Positions 53,259-62,672 of a stretch of 64,000 bases of DNA are shown here, one piece after another; within the stretch, counting starts at the first letter, position 1, and every line of letters begins with the position of its first letter. The DNA lies in NCBI GenBank assembly GCA_050115495.1, contig JASFQK010000029.1:1-64000 (forward strand), in the 5' to 3' direction. The notes under the pieces were generated by a model, which saw only the letters and a program-made list of their open reading frames with translations, did not search any database and had not been told where the DNA came from. Made by a program: the position numbers and the translations under genes. This DNA is from Phycisphaerae bacterium. Its GTDB lineage: Bacteria; Planctomycetota; Phycisphaerae; UBA1845; Fen-1342.

Positions 53259-55667
53259 GTGCCGCTCCGCAAGAAGGGCATACCGTTCGTCCCGCAAATG
53301 ACCGAGACCGACTGCGGCCCGGCCTGCTTGGCCATGGTGCTCGGCTACCACGGCCGCCAGGTAAGTCTGGCCGAGGTCCGCGAGGCGGTTGGCAGCGGCC
53401 CGGCCTCCGTGTACGAGCTGAAGGAGGCAGCCCGCGCGTACGGTCTGCGCGGTCGCGCCGTTTCGTTCGAGCAGATCGAGACGTTCCGGTTCGTGAAGCC
53501 CGGCTCCATCGTCCACATCTACATCTATTCCCCGCTCGGCTCGCGGCCGCACTTCGTGGTGTTCGAGGGCCTGGTGGACAACACGGTGCGCATCGTCGAC
53601 CCGGCGGAAGGTCCGCTCAGTCGACCGATCGAGGGATTCGATCGCGAGTTCGCCGGCACCGTACTGATGCTCGAGCCCACCGCAGGCTTCCAGCCGGGGC
53701 GGCGGCCACCCGCCCGGGCATGGCCTGCCCTGAAGCGAGCCATCGGCGATGCCCGTGTCTTGTCGCCGATCATCTTCGCATCATTGCTGGTTCAGGTCTT
53801 CGCCCTCGGCCTGCCGCTGCTGACGGGCCTGCTCGTCGAACGCGTCATCCCACGTGGCGACAGGTTCATGCTGGCCTGCCTGGCGGCGGGCCTGTCCATT
53901 GTCGTGGTCTTCAACCTGGTCACCTCCCTGGTCCGGGCGCAACTGCTCGTGTATCTGCGTACACACGTCGACACACGGCTTATGCACCGCTTCGTCGAGC
54001 ATCTGCTGAGCCTGCCGTACGCCTTCTTCCAGGAACGGCCGACCGGCGATCTCGTCATGCGGCTCAACAGCCACACCAACATCCGCGAGGTGGTGACTTC
54101 GGGCGTTCTCTCCGGCGTGCTCGACGGCACGATGGTGATCGGCTACTTTATCCTGCTGTTCATCATTAGTTGGCCCATGGCCGTAACGGTCACGATTCTG
54201 GCCGTGCTGCACGTGACCCTCTTCGTCCTGGCCGGCCGCAAGTACGAGCTGCTGGCCAAGCAGGAACTGGGTGCCCAGGCGGAATCCCAAGGCTACGGCG
54301 TGCAAATGGTCGCGGGTATCGAGACGCTCAAGGCCGCGGGCGCCGAGCCCGACGCCTGTGAACGTTGGTCCAACCTATTCGTCGACGTGCTGAACATCTC
54401 GGTGCGGCGCGGCCGATTGAGCGCCGTCGTGGAGTCGTTGCTGGGCGGGCTGCGCATGGCGTCGCCGCTCCTGGTGCTGTGCGTCGGCGGCTGGCTGGTG
54501 ATCAACGGCCAGTTGAACCTGGGCGTGATGCTCGCCATCAGCGCCCTGGCCGGCAGGTTGCTCGTCCCACTCACCGGCCTGGTCAGCATCGCTCTGCAAT
54601 TCCGGACGGTTCGGGGCTACCTCGATCGCCTCGACGACGTTCTGGAGACGGAGCCGGAGCAGGTGATGCACTCGGTGCCGGCGCAGCACACGCTGGAGGG
54701 CCGGGTGGCGCTGGAGCACGTGTCGTTCCGTTACCGCACGCACGGTCCGCTGGTGGTCGACGACGTCTCGCTCGAACTGCACCCCGGTCAGCACGTCGCG
54801 ATCGTTGGCCGGTCGGGATCGGGCAAGTCGACCGTGGCCCGCCTGCTGGTCGGCCTCTACACGCCGGCGGAGGGCCGCATTCTCTACGACGGCGTGGACC
54901 TGGAGGAGCTGCACTATCGGGCGGTGCGCCGGCAGTTGGGGCTGGTGCCACAGGATCCGTACCTCTTCGGCACGACCATCCGCAACAACATCGCCCTGGT
55001 CGATCCGACTATCGCGCTGGCCGACGTGCAGGAAGCGGCACGGCTGGCCCACATCCACGAAGACATCGAGACACTACCGCTCCAGTACGACACACCGTTG
55101 CCGGATCGCGGTGCTGCGCTGTCGGGCGGCCAGCGGCAGCGGCTCGCCCTGGCCCGCGCCCTGGTGCACAAGCCGAGGATTCTCGTGCTGGACGAGGCCA
55201 CCAGCGACCTGGACACCATCACGGAGCGGGCCATTCAACAAAACCTGCGCAACCTGGGCTGTACGGTGATCATCATCGCCCATCGGCTGAGCACGATTGT
55301 CGACGCGGACGTCATCTACGTCATGAAGAACGGACGCATCGACGAGTCCGGCACGCATGAGCAGCTCGTCGCCCGCGGCGGTGAGTACGCCGCGCTGGTG
55401 TTCGCCCAGCAGGACGCCGGCGACGGCTCGCGGGCGGTCCGGCCACGACCGCACCGGCTGACCACGCGTGTACGCGGCCGGGGCAGCGTCACCGTGCATG
55501 GGGATGGCGAGTCTCCTGCGGGAATGCGGGTGTACGTGCTGGCCAACCCCGATTCAGGCTGGCGCTTCGACCACTGGGAAGGGGATCTGGCTGACCGATT
55601 GAATCCGGCCGGCGTGGACATGGACAAAGACCGAACGGTGACCGCCGTCTTCACGCAGCCGGGCTAG
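53259..55667 (+). CDS. lanT: Peptidase-containing ABC exporter (LanT/PCAT) with a C-terminal InlB-B-repeat-like domain
   Basis: QMTETDCGPACL, HFVV, DPA; GRSGSGKS, LSGGQRQR, DEATS; tail with ANPDSGWRFDHWEGD...TVTAVF. Confidence 0.93.
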   Translation: MPLRKKGIPFVPQMTETDCGPACLAMVLGYHGRQVSLAEVREAVGSGPASVYELKEAARAYGLRGRAVSFEQIETFRFVKPGSIVHIYIYSPLGSRPHFVVFEGLVDNTVRIVDPAEGPLSRPIEGFDREFAGTVLMLEPTAGFQPGRRPPARAWPALKRAIGDARVLSPIIFASLLVQVFALGLPLLTGLLVERVIPRGDRFMLACLAAGLSIVVVFNLVTSLVRAQLLVYLRTHVDTRLMHRFVEHLLSLPYAFFQERPTGDLVMRLNSHTNIREVVTSGVLSGVLDGTMVIGYFILLFIISWPMAVTVTILAVLHVTLFVLAGRKYELLAKQELGAQAESQGYGVQMVAGIETLKAAGAEPDACERWSNLFVDVLNISVRRGRLSAVVESLLGGLRMASPLLVLCVGGWLVINGQLNLGVMLAISALAGRLLVPLTGLVSIALQFRTVRGYLDRLDDVLETEPEQVMHSVPAQHTLEGRVALEHVSFRYRTHGPLVVDDVSLELHPGQHVAIVGRSGSGKSTVARLLVGLYTPAEGRILYDGVDLEELHYRAVRRQLGLVPQDPYLFGTTIRNNIALVDPTIALADVQEAARLAHIHEDIETLPLQYDTPLPDRGAALSGGQRQRLALARALVHKPRILVLDEATSDLDTITERAIQQNLRNLGCTVIIIAHRLSTIVDADVIYVMKNGRIDESGTHEQLVARGGEYAALVFAQQDAGDGSRAVRPRPHRLTTRVRGRGSVTVHGDGESPAGMRVYVLANPDSGWRFDHWEGDLADRLNPAGVDMDKDRTVTAVFTQPG

Positions 55668-55707
55668 GCCGATTGTGGGCGACCGTCGGCGAAGAACGGG
55701 ACGCGTC

Positions 55708-56700
55708 ATGTTGAGCATGCATACATCATGGACTCGGCCGCTGCTCGTTGCGGTTCTGGCCATCTGGCCGCAGAGCGTTCTCGAAGCCACTCCGCGTGAT
55801 CCACATTCGTGCACGCCGGCGCGGCTCGGCGATGTTTCCGCGGCCCCTGGCGAAGTCGCCCTGCCCGGCGTCTCGGCGCCGGACGAGCAAAACGTACAGC
55901 GTGGTTACATCGGTATTGTGTTGCCCCGCCGGGCGCTCGAGGTTACCGCCGAACTTCAACTGCGTCTCAAAGCTGTCCACGTCGATCTCGGCGACCAGCT
56001 TGACCCGAAAGACCCGCACACGCTGATCGCCGAGCTGGACACGGTCATGATCGAGCACGAGCGGAAGATCGCCGAAGAATCAGTGAACTTGGCGAGGCTG
56101 CAGGCCGGCATTGCGGAGGCAAAGGCGAACGCGGCGCGGGAGTTGCGTAAGATCATTCGAGAGCTCCGCGATCGCCTCGAAGCCTCCAAATGGGAGGTCT
56201 ACGAATCCGATCTCCAAGTGGCCATCGCTGAGGCGGAGGTCAGGAGGGCAGAAACCGCGGTTGAACAACAGGTGGCCCGCATCCAACAGCTCAACCACGA
56301 ATTGGCCTGCGGCGCCATACGAGCACCCTCCGAGGAAGACGCCCCACGGTTCTACATCGTGGCCGCGCGCTACCGGAACCCGGGCGACCTGGTCGGTCCC
56401 GGCATCCCCATCGTCCGCCTGATCAGCGAGGAGTCGTTCATCCGTTTCGCCGTCGAACCACCGGATGCGGCGCAGCTGAAAGAGGGTGACACCGTCCAGG
56501 TGGACGTCCCGGACCTGTCCCGGACATTCTCCGCCCGGGTCGAGCGCATCGCCCCAGAGGTGCACGCCGCCTCCGGCCGGGTTGCCATCGAAGCGGGCTT
56601 CGTCGCCCCGGCGTTGCCGGGGGCATCGAAGGCACGTGCCCCGACCACCGTCAAGGCAGGCATGGTCGTGCGGGTCCACGTGCACTGCGCCCGCCCCTGA
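55708..56700 (+). CDS. RND/HlyD-type membrane fusion protein
   Basis: Signal or anchor segment, VDLGD lipoyl half, coiled coil, IRAP, G.V..IAP.V. Confidence 0.8.
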   Translation: MLSMHTSWTRPLLVAVLAIWPQSVLEATPRDPHSCTPARLGDVSAAPGEVALPGVSAPDEQNVQRGYIGIVLPRRALEVTAELQLRLKAVHVDLGDQLDPKDPHTLIAELDTVMIEHERKIAEESVNLARLQAGIAEAKANAARELRKIIRELRDRLEASKWEVYESDLQVAIAEAEVRRAETAVEQQVARIQQLNHELACGAIRAPSEEDAPRFYIVAARYRNPGDLVGPGIPIVRLISEESFIRFAVEPPDAAQLKEGDTVQVDVPDLSRTFSARVERIAPEVHAASGRVAIEAGFVAPALPGASKARAPTTVKAGMVVRVHVHCARP

Positions 56701-56856
56701 AGGGCCGCATGCGGACCCGCGAGCGCAAGTCTCCGGCGGCAGATCTCACGCAAGGCAATAGCTCCCGGCAATCCGCCGCGCCGTCCCGAAAAATGGTCCC
56801 GCTCAGCCATGTCCTTGATGCTCGAGAGACCGGGTATTCAGCGAATCGCTGCCCCC

Positions 56857-56927
56857 GTCCCCGCACCGCACAACGACAGATCGGAGGCTGAGCGATGACG
56901 CCCACGCAGGCGCGCGGCCGCGCGTGT
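56857..56927 (+). repeat. Right imperfect direct repeat of the 18 kb segment
   Basis: Matches 38829-38899; exact 27 bp core at 56890-56916. Confidence 0.85.
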
Positions 56928-56982
56928 GGGCCGGCCTGAACGGCACTCTCGGTGACATGCTGACCATTCGGCGAGGATGTCG

Positions 56983-58230
56983 CTATGAAGCCCCGGGCGG
57001 GTCGAACGACACGATTACGGAGGAAGGAAGCACGGGGTACTCCACGCGGCAACGAAAGACGTCGAACCGCTCTCCATCCCAGCCGAGCCGCTCGAAGACG
57101 TACCGCCCTAGCTCCTCGTATCGCGTGTAATCGGGCGTAGACAGGGCGGACGGCCCCTTGCCCACGTAGTCGATCGACTCGCGCGGCTCCAGATGCAGGC
57201 TCTTATCGCTCAAGTGTGGAGCGGTCACTCCACCCATGTAGTCGGCACAGGTGAATACGCGCGGCGTGAACTGCCCGCGCATCTCCTCGTGTACGAGCAC
57301 GTCGAGAAGCAGCGTCTCGCAGGGCACGCGAATCGTGGTGCCCCCCCCGAAGGGCCGCGCCGCGCCATCTTCGCCACGACGTATAGCCCCACCAGGAGCC
57401 AGATGCCCCTCGAAGCAGGTGATCGCAGCCTTCTTCCCAAGCCCGTCACTCACGAATTCAGCGCAGAGCACGCCGGGACATGCCTGGACAATCCGATGCT
57501 CCGGCAACGGCTGGCTGCAGAACTCTCGCAGCATGGCGATTCCAGTGCCACCGTCCGGCACCGGGTCGATGGGCTCTCGTCGGATGTCTTTGATCTCGCC
57601 ATCTGCACCGAATGTGCAGTACTGGGCGAAGAGCAGGGGGCTATCCGGCCGCAGGCGGCGCAGAGAGATGAACCCCTTCACGTGCACGTAGTCCATCAGC
57701 CGCGTGTCACTCGCCGGACGAAAGATCACGGTACTGATCAGAGCTTTCGCATGCACCCCGAAGATCAGTCTCTGGCCGCGGAACACCGTCCGCCGTTGCT
57801 GCTGGATGATCTGGTCGGCGTCCGCCGTACCCGCCAGCGAACTGATCATGGAGTCGAACGCCGTGCGGTCGCCCGCGTGGGACTCAACGACCTTCTGGAA
57901 TTCCTCGCCCGCTTTGGCCGCCGCCTCGATGACCTCGCGCGGGACCCCACACCGGGCGGCGGCCTGGAGGAAGTGCGTCATGTTGGCCGGCCCCGGGACG
58001 TACGGCGCAACGGAAAAAGGGCTGTTCGCAACGATGATCTTGGCCAGCTTCCAGCTCAGCTTCTTGTCGAGCTTCAATGCCCGCTGAAGCTGGGCCGCCT
58101 TGACCAGCGTGCCTCGCGGCGGGACCGCCGCGACGACCGCCGCCAGCGTGCTCCGGATGCGTTGGAGGACGGTCTCTACGTCCTGGAGAAACGGGCCACC
58201 TGCCTCCATGGATGAGCTTTGCCGGGTCAT
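56983..58230 (-). CDS. Hypothetical protein with an N-terminal HTH-like segment (paralog of 61407..62672)
   Basis: Shares L.LDK.LSW, PYVP..ANM, HAG.R..FDSM.S, IFGV.AK and F.RLGWD...FD..RCR.EYP with the paralog. Confidence 0.8.
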   Translation of the reverse strand: MTRQSSSMEAGGPFLQDVETVLQRIRSTLAAVVAAVPPRGTLVKAAQLQRALKLDKKLSWKLAKIIVANSPFSVAPYVPGPANMTHFLQAAARCGVPREVIEAAAKAGEEFQKVVESHAGDRTAFDSMISSLAGTADADQIIQQQRRTVFRGQRLIFGVHAKALISTVIFRPASDTRLMDYVHVKGFISLRRLRPDSPLLFAQYCTFGADGEIKDIRREPIDPVPDGGTGIAMLREFCSQPLPEHRIVQACPGVLCAEFVSDGLGKKAAITCFEGHLAPGGAIRRGEDGAARPFGGGTTIRVPCETLLLDVLVHEEMRGQFTPRVFTCADYMGGVTAPHLSDKSLHLEPRESIDYVGKGPSALSTPDYTRYEELGRYVFERLGWDGERFDVFRCRVEYPVLPSSVIVSFDPPGAS

Positions 58231-58279
58231 GAGCGCAGTCTAGCCCGGCGTCACGGCCCATTGCAAGGGAGATACGAGA

Positions 58280-58338
58280 AGTTTCATGAAACTACTCGCG
58301 AGGAATCTCTTGACCCTCGGAGCGTCTTTCGGTATGGT
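58280..58338 (+). promoter_or_regulatory. Palindromic operator candidate and sigma70 promoter
   Basis: Perfect palindrome AGTTTCATGAAACT (58280-58293) and TTGACC-17 nt-TATGGT (58310-58338). Confidence 0.55.
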
Positions 58339-58481
58339 GACCTCAGTGGCAGCGAGTCCGGTCTCGAAAGCTGGCTGCCTGAGGAGTGAAGGGGAGAGAA
58401 AACGCGGCCAATCGATGTTTCTTCGGCAGCAGTGTTGCTGCCGAAGTCCAGGTGTGGGTTTTGTGAATGGAGAGGAGTGCT

Positions 58482-59256
58482 ATGTTCCGTTTTAGTGGGA
58501 AGAAGTTCGTGGTCGCGAGCGTGGCCTGTCTGCTGCTTGTTGCCTGCCTGGGAACTCAGGTCGCGACTGCTGATTTCGACGTGCAGCTCGCCCCCCGGTA
58601 CGTCGACTGGGAATGGGCCTCGGACTACCTCGATTGCAGCATGGGATACGGCGAAGACGGCTCACCTGACGGCCTGTGGGTCGGGGACTTGTCGGAATCG
58701 GCGCAGTCGCCCGACGGCTACCTGCAGATGAGTATGTCCGCCTACCAGAGCTCGATGGTCGGGCCGACGGCGCTCAGCGTCACCGACGCGACCGCTGCCA
58801 TCGTGCAAGGCCTGGATCCGTTGATCGGCACGCAGGTCGGCACGACTGCCCACGGTCGGTCGGGCTACTACATCAAGTTCACGGTGACGGAAGAGACCCC
58901 CCGTTCAGTTCGTGAGCGACTACTACAGCCTGAGTGCAACCGCGTGCGGCACGGCGAGCCTGGCCGTCGAGCTGAAAGACTTGGCGGCGAGCACGATGCT
59001 GTACAGCTACTACGAGTCCGTCACGGACGGTTGCTCGAGCGGAAGCTTCATGAGTGACTTGATCACGCTCCACACGGGCACGCTGTACTCCATCAGGGTC
59101 ACGTCCAACGCCGCGTCCACGATCGACATCGTTACCGACAACAAGCCCGTGGAAGCGTACGCCGCTGGCGCCTACAGCCTGGCCATCGTGCCCGAGCCGA
59201 CATCGCTGCTGATGCTGGCGCTGGGCGGCCTGCTGGCGGCCGGCAGACGCCGGTAA
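58482..59256 (+). pseudogene. PEP-CTERM protein interrupted by a +1 frameshift in a C6 run
   Basis: The signal peptide is in one frame and VPEPTSLLMLALGGLLAAGRRR in another. Removing one C at 58897-58902 gives ...EETPVQFVSDYYSL. Confidence 0.8.
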
Positions 59257-59529
59257 CACAACGACTCAGGGATTCCCCCCAAGAGCCGCGCGAATCTCAG
59301 GGCGGCGTGTTGAGGCTGAGAGGGAGACCAGCGTCACGAACCCATCGGCGGAACGTGAGCACGTACCGTTCCCGCCGCGTTCGTGAACACGTTTCTCTCT
59401 CAGCCTCCGCGCCTGCCTCAGCCCGTCGAACGCTGTCTCCCCCACATCTGCTCTGAGCCAACCCAACAGCAGCAACCCACAGTCTCGCGATCGGCGGCGA
59501 CGCTCCGCCAGGCGCGGTAGCATGCTCCC

Positions 59530-59808
59530 GTGACGATGTTGTTGGCCGAGATTAGCGACAAGACGCCCACGATCATTGGTGTGACCGTGGTCGCTTGCCT
59601 GATGGCGGCGGCATCCGTCGGTCTCGGCCTGATCCGGCGGTGGTTGATCCTCCTGCCACTCCCGGCCATCGCCTTCTACGACTGGGCGGCATGCGACGAG
59701 CTCTTCGAGTGCGGCTACAACCTCACCGGCAACGTCACCGGCCGTTGTCCGGAGTGCGGAACGACGGTGTCGATGAGCAACGAGAGAACAGGCGCGGACT
59801 GGGCGTAA
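59530..59808 (+). CDS. Small membrane protein with a partial C-terminal zinc ribbon
   Basis: Two TMs then CGYNLTGNVTGRCPECG; the first Cys of the CxxC is missing. Confidence 0.6.
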   Translation: MTMLLAEISDKTPTIIGVTVVACLMAAASVGLGLIRRWLILLPLPAIAFYDWAACDELFECGYNLTGNVTGRCPECGTTVSMSNERTGADWA

Positions 59809-59812
59809 CGGT

Positions 59813-60361
59813 ATGACGAGGTTGCTGCGAATACGGCGTGCGGCGAAGCGGGGCGCTACGGTTGGACTGGCCCTGAGCGTCTCCCTGACTGTGCTCAACG
59901 CACTGATGCCGGTGAGTTGGGGCAGCCCGTCCGGTCACGTCTGGTGCTGCGCCCAAAACGGGAACGTGCAGTGTTGGTGGACATGGCCCCAGTACGTCCC
60001 GGCGGGCGAGCCTGGATGGTCCTGGGGCGATCAAGAGCGTTACTTCCCACCACCCGGCTTGGCGTCGAGGTTGCTCGGGACGGCCCCCAGCTTCGGAGGG
60101 CTGACCGGTCGCGATTGTTCCGCGCCGCAGTACCGCGTGGGCCGCGCGGGGTATGTATTATCTCTGCCTCTCTGGTTGCTCCTGGGCGTGACGTTCGCTG
60201 CTTCCTTCGCTCTCTGGCGGCTTGACGCTCCTCGGCGCATCCTGCCAGGCCGCTGCCCGAACTGCGGCTACGACCTCACCGGCAACGTCACCGGCCGCTG
60301 TCCGGAGTGCGGCGCCGAGGTACGCGAGGGGACTATCGCCGCTTCAACGCGAAGGGTGTAA
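59813..60361 (+). CDS. Membrane protein with a C-terminal CxxCGY..CPECG zinc ribbon
   Basis: LPLWLL TM, then GRCPNCGYDLTGNVTGRCPECG. Confidence 0.75.
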   Translation: MTRLLRIRRAAKRGATVGLALSVSLTVLNALMPVSWGSPSGHVWCCAQNGNVQCWWTWPQYVPAGEPGWSWGDQERYFPPPGLASRLLGTAPSFGGLTGRDCSAPQYRVGRAGYVLSLPLWLLLGVTFAASFALWRLDAPRRILPGRCPNCGYDLTGNVTGRCPECGAEVREGTIAASTRRV

Positions 60362-60370
60362 GCTGCGCCC

Positions 60371-60916
60371 ATGACTCGGCAGCGGAGAGTCTGGCAAGCA
60401 GTGTTCGGGAGCAGTGTGCTCCTGGGCCTGCTCCTCGCAGTCGCTGGGTTTGTGGCGATGACCTGGCGCTGGCCCCTGCTGGGTCCGGTCACGCTCGCTT
60501 CGCTCTTGCTCGTCCACTACGTCAGGCTGGCGAGAGTACGGTCCCACATCCGGCGACAACTCCGGAACCGGGCCACGATCAGCGAATCTGAGTTCGGGAC
60601 GGCGTACTTCGCGGGTCAACAGGCCATGATCGCCTCGAAGGTCCGCCGCTGCTTCGAAGAGCAATACGTCGGCGATATTGGCCGGGTGCGGCCCGATGAC
60701 AATCTCTATGCAGACCTGGCTCTCGCGTCCCTGGACGGACTGGACCTGGAAGTGTTCGTCGCCGACCTGGAGGAGCTGTTCAAGATCAGGATTGCGGACA
60801 GGGACGCGGTCAGGTTCCGCACGCTCCGCGACGTGGTCACGTGCGTGTCTGCCAACCTCCAATCGGTTGCTGCGAGTCGGCCCGGTACACTGAATGGCGC
60901 AACCGGCAGCTCGTAG
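60371..60916 (+). CDS. Membrane protein with an acyl-carrier-like C-terminal domain
   Basis: PDDNLYADLALASLDGLD.EVFV.DLEELFKIRI...TLRDVV. Confidence 0.65.
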   Translation: MTRQRRVWQAVFGSSVLLGLLLAVAGFVAMTWRWPLLGPVTLASLLLVHYVRLARVRSHIRRQLRNRATISESEFGTAYFAGQQAMIASKVRRCFEEQYVGDIGRVRPDDNLYADLALASLDGLDLEVFVADLEELFKIRIADRDAVRFRTLRDVVTCVSANLQSVAASRPGTLNGATGSS

Positions 60917-60939
60917 ACTACCGATTCGGGTGAGCCAGC

Positions 60940-61395
60940 ATGGGTCTCCGCCGACACATCCAGCGCATGCCGCCCTTTCAGCGCGTGTGCTTCCTGGCCA
61001 GCGCTGTCGCTCTCGCGCTGACCATCGCGCTGCTCGTGTACACTTCCGTCGGCGGCACGCTCAGTTTCGGGCATGACCCCGCGGTCGGTTGCCCGCGGTT
61101 CGGTGTGGGGAACGGCTGCATCGGCATCAGTCTGGGCCTGGCCTGGACCGCCAGCACGCCCCCGCAGCAGGTCCCCGCCGCACTCGTCATTCCCTTGTCG
61201 TGGGTCGTGTTCGCGCTGTCGTTGTCCACGTTCCTGCTCATGATCCCCTTCAGGTTCAGGGGCATCACGCCACGAGGGTACTGCCAACACTGCGGCTACA
61301 ACCTCACCGGCAACGTCACCGGCCGCTGCCCGGAGTGCGGAGCGCCGTTCCCTCACGACGAGCAGACCGCCTCCCGGGTCAATACACCGCCGTGA
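60940..61395 (+). CDS. Membrane protein with a C-terminal CxxCGY..CPECG zinc ribbon
   Basis: IPLSW TM, then GYCQHCGYNLTGNVTGRCPECG. Confidence 0.75.
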   Translation: MGLRRHIQRMPPFQRVCFLASAVALALTIALLVYTSVGGTLSFGHDPAVGCPRFGVGNGCIGISLGLAWTASTPPQQVPAALVIPLSWVVFALSLSTFLLMIPFRFRGITPRGYCQHCGYNLTGNVTGRCPECGAPFPHDEQTASRVNTPP

Positions 61396-61406
61396 GCGCC
61401 CGCTGC

Positions 61407-62672
61407 TCAGCCAGCAGCCTCATCCCCCAACCCACCCGGCGGTTCGGGCAGTTCAAAACGAATCTCGACGACGGACGGAATGATCGGGTACTCGATACGG
61501 CAGCGGTACGCGTCGAACTGAGTGCGGTCCCAACCCAGGCGATCGAAGATGTACTCCCCCAACTCGACGTATTGCGGAAACTCCGCAGCGCGCAGGACCG
61601 CCGGCCCCTGCCCGAGACACGTGATGCTCTCATCTAGTGAGAGGCGATCACGTTCGTCGCCGTCAGCCACGCCGATCAAGTCGGTCAGGTGCTCGCTGAA
61701 CACGCGTGAGATCGGCTGGAAGTTGTCGTACGTCGCTCTGTGCATCAGCATATCGAAGATGAGCACTTCGCACGGCAATCGCACGCGAATCCTGTGATCC
61801 GCGTGCACGTTGCCGGGTTCGCGGTATCGCGGAATCGCACCGCGGAAGACATGCCCCTCGATGCACGTCATGGCGGCCTGGTCGCCGATGCCGTCGCAGA
61901 CAAGCTCGCACTGCATGCGGCCAGGCGCGAACTCAACCGCCGCGATCTCCGGCGTGGGTGAGCTGCAGAATCGCCGAATCAAGGCCATTCCCTGGTCCGT
62001 TTGCCCTTCCGCATCCAGGGGGTGCCTCGTGATGACCGGCCGAACCGAGCCGTCGTCATTCTGAACATGCGACTGCGAGACCACCATGCGCGCGTTCCTG
62101 CGCAGCGGGCGCAAGTCGATGAAGCCCCCGACACTCGCCACGTCGAAGTACGCGGGATTCTCGGACGGTTGGATCACCATGCACTTGAGCTGCGTCTTGG
62201 CCTGCACGCCGAAGATGTGCCGGTTGGCCCGAAACGCCGCCCGCTTCTGCTGCGCGTGCAGCTTCGCGGCGTCCTCCCCTGCCGACAGCATGCTGACCAT
62301 CGAATCGAACGTGGCACGATTGCCGGCGTGCGCCTGCACGAGTTGCTCGAACTCGCTCCCCGCGTCGGCGAGCGCCTGGACGAGCGGCACCGCCACGCCC
62401 TGCCTCTCGACCGTCTTGAGGAACGTCCGCATATTCGCCGGCGTCGGCACGTACGGCCCCGCTTCCAGCGGCGTCGGCGCCGCAACAACCCGAAGCAGCC
62501 GCCAACTTAACATCTTGTCCAGATTCAAGTTACGATGCAGATCGGTTGACCGGGCCGGACGATCGGGAAGCGCGTCGATCACCGCCGCTATGGCGCTGCG
62601 GAGGTGCTGAAGCACACGCGAGCTCTCGCGTTCAAAAGCTCCTCCCTTTGGGGTCTGTGCGACGAGTGCCAT
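61407..62672 (-). CDS. Hypothetical protein with an N-terminal HTH-like segment (paralog of 56983..58230)
   Basis: Full-length collinear similarity to 56983..58230. Confidence 0.8.
   Translation of the reverse strand: MALVAQTPKGGAFERESSRVLQHLRSAIAAVIDALPDRPARSTDLHRNLNLDKMLSWRLLRVVAAPTPLEAGPYVPTPANMRTFLKTVERQGVAVPLVQALADAGSEFEQLVQAHAGNRATFDSMVSMLSAGEDAAKLHAQQKRAAFRANRHIFGVQAKTQLKCMVIQPSENPAYFDVASVGGFIDLRPLRRNARMVVSQSHVQNDDGSVRPVITRHPLDAEGQTDQGMALIRRFCSSPTPEIAAVEFAPGRMQCELVCDGIGDQAAMTCIEGHVFRGAIPRYREPGNVHADHRIRVRLPCEVLIFDMLMHRATYDNFQPISRVFSEHLTDLIGVADGDERDRLSLDESITCLGQGPAVLRAAEFPQYVELGEYIFDRLGWDRTQFDAYRCRIEYPIIPSVVEIRFELPEPPGGLGDEAAG

Noticed and set aside
59710..61341. CRISPR array or integron attC sites
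   Set aside because: The repeats are in-frame coding sequence 0.5-1 kb apart, with no cas or intI gene and no attC-type ends.
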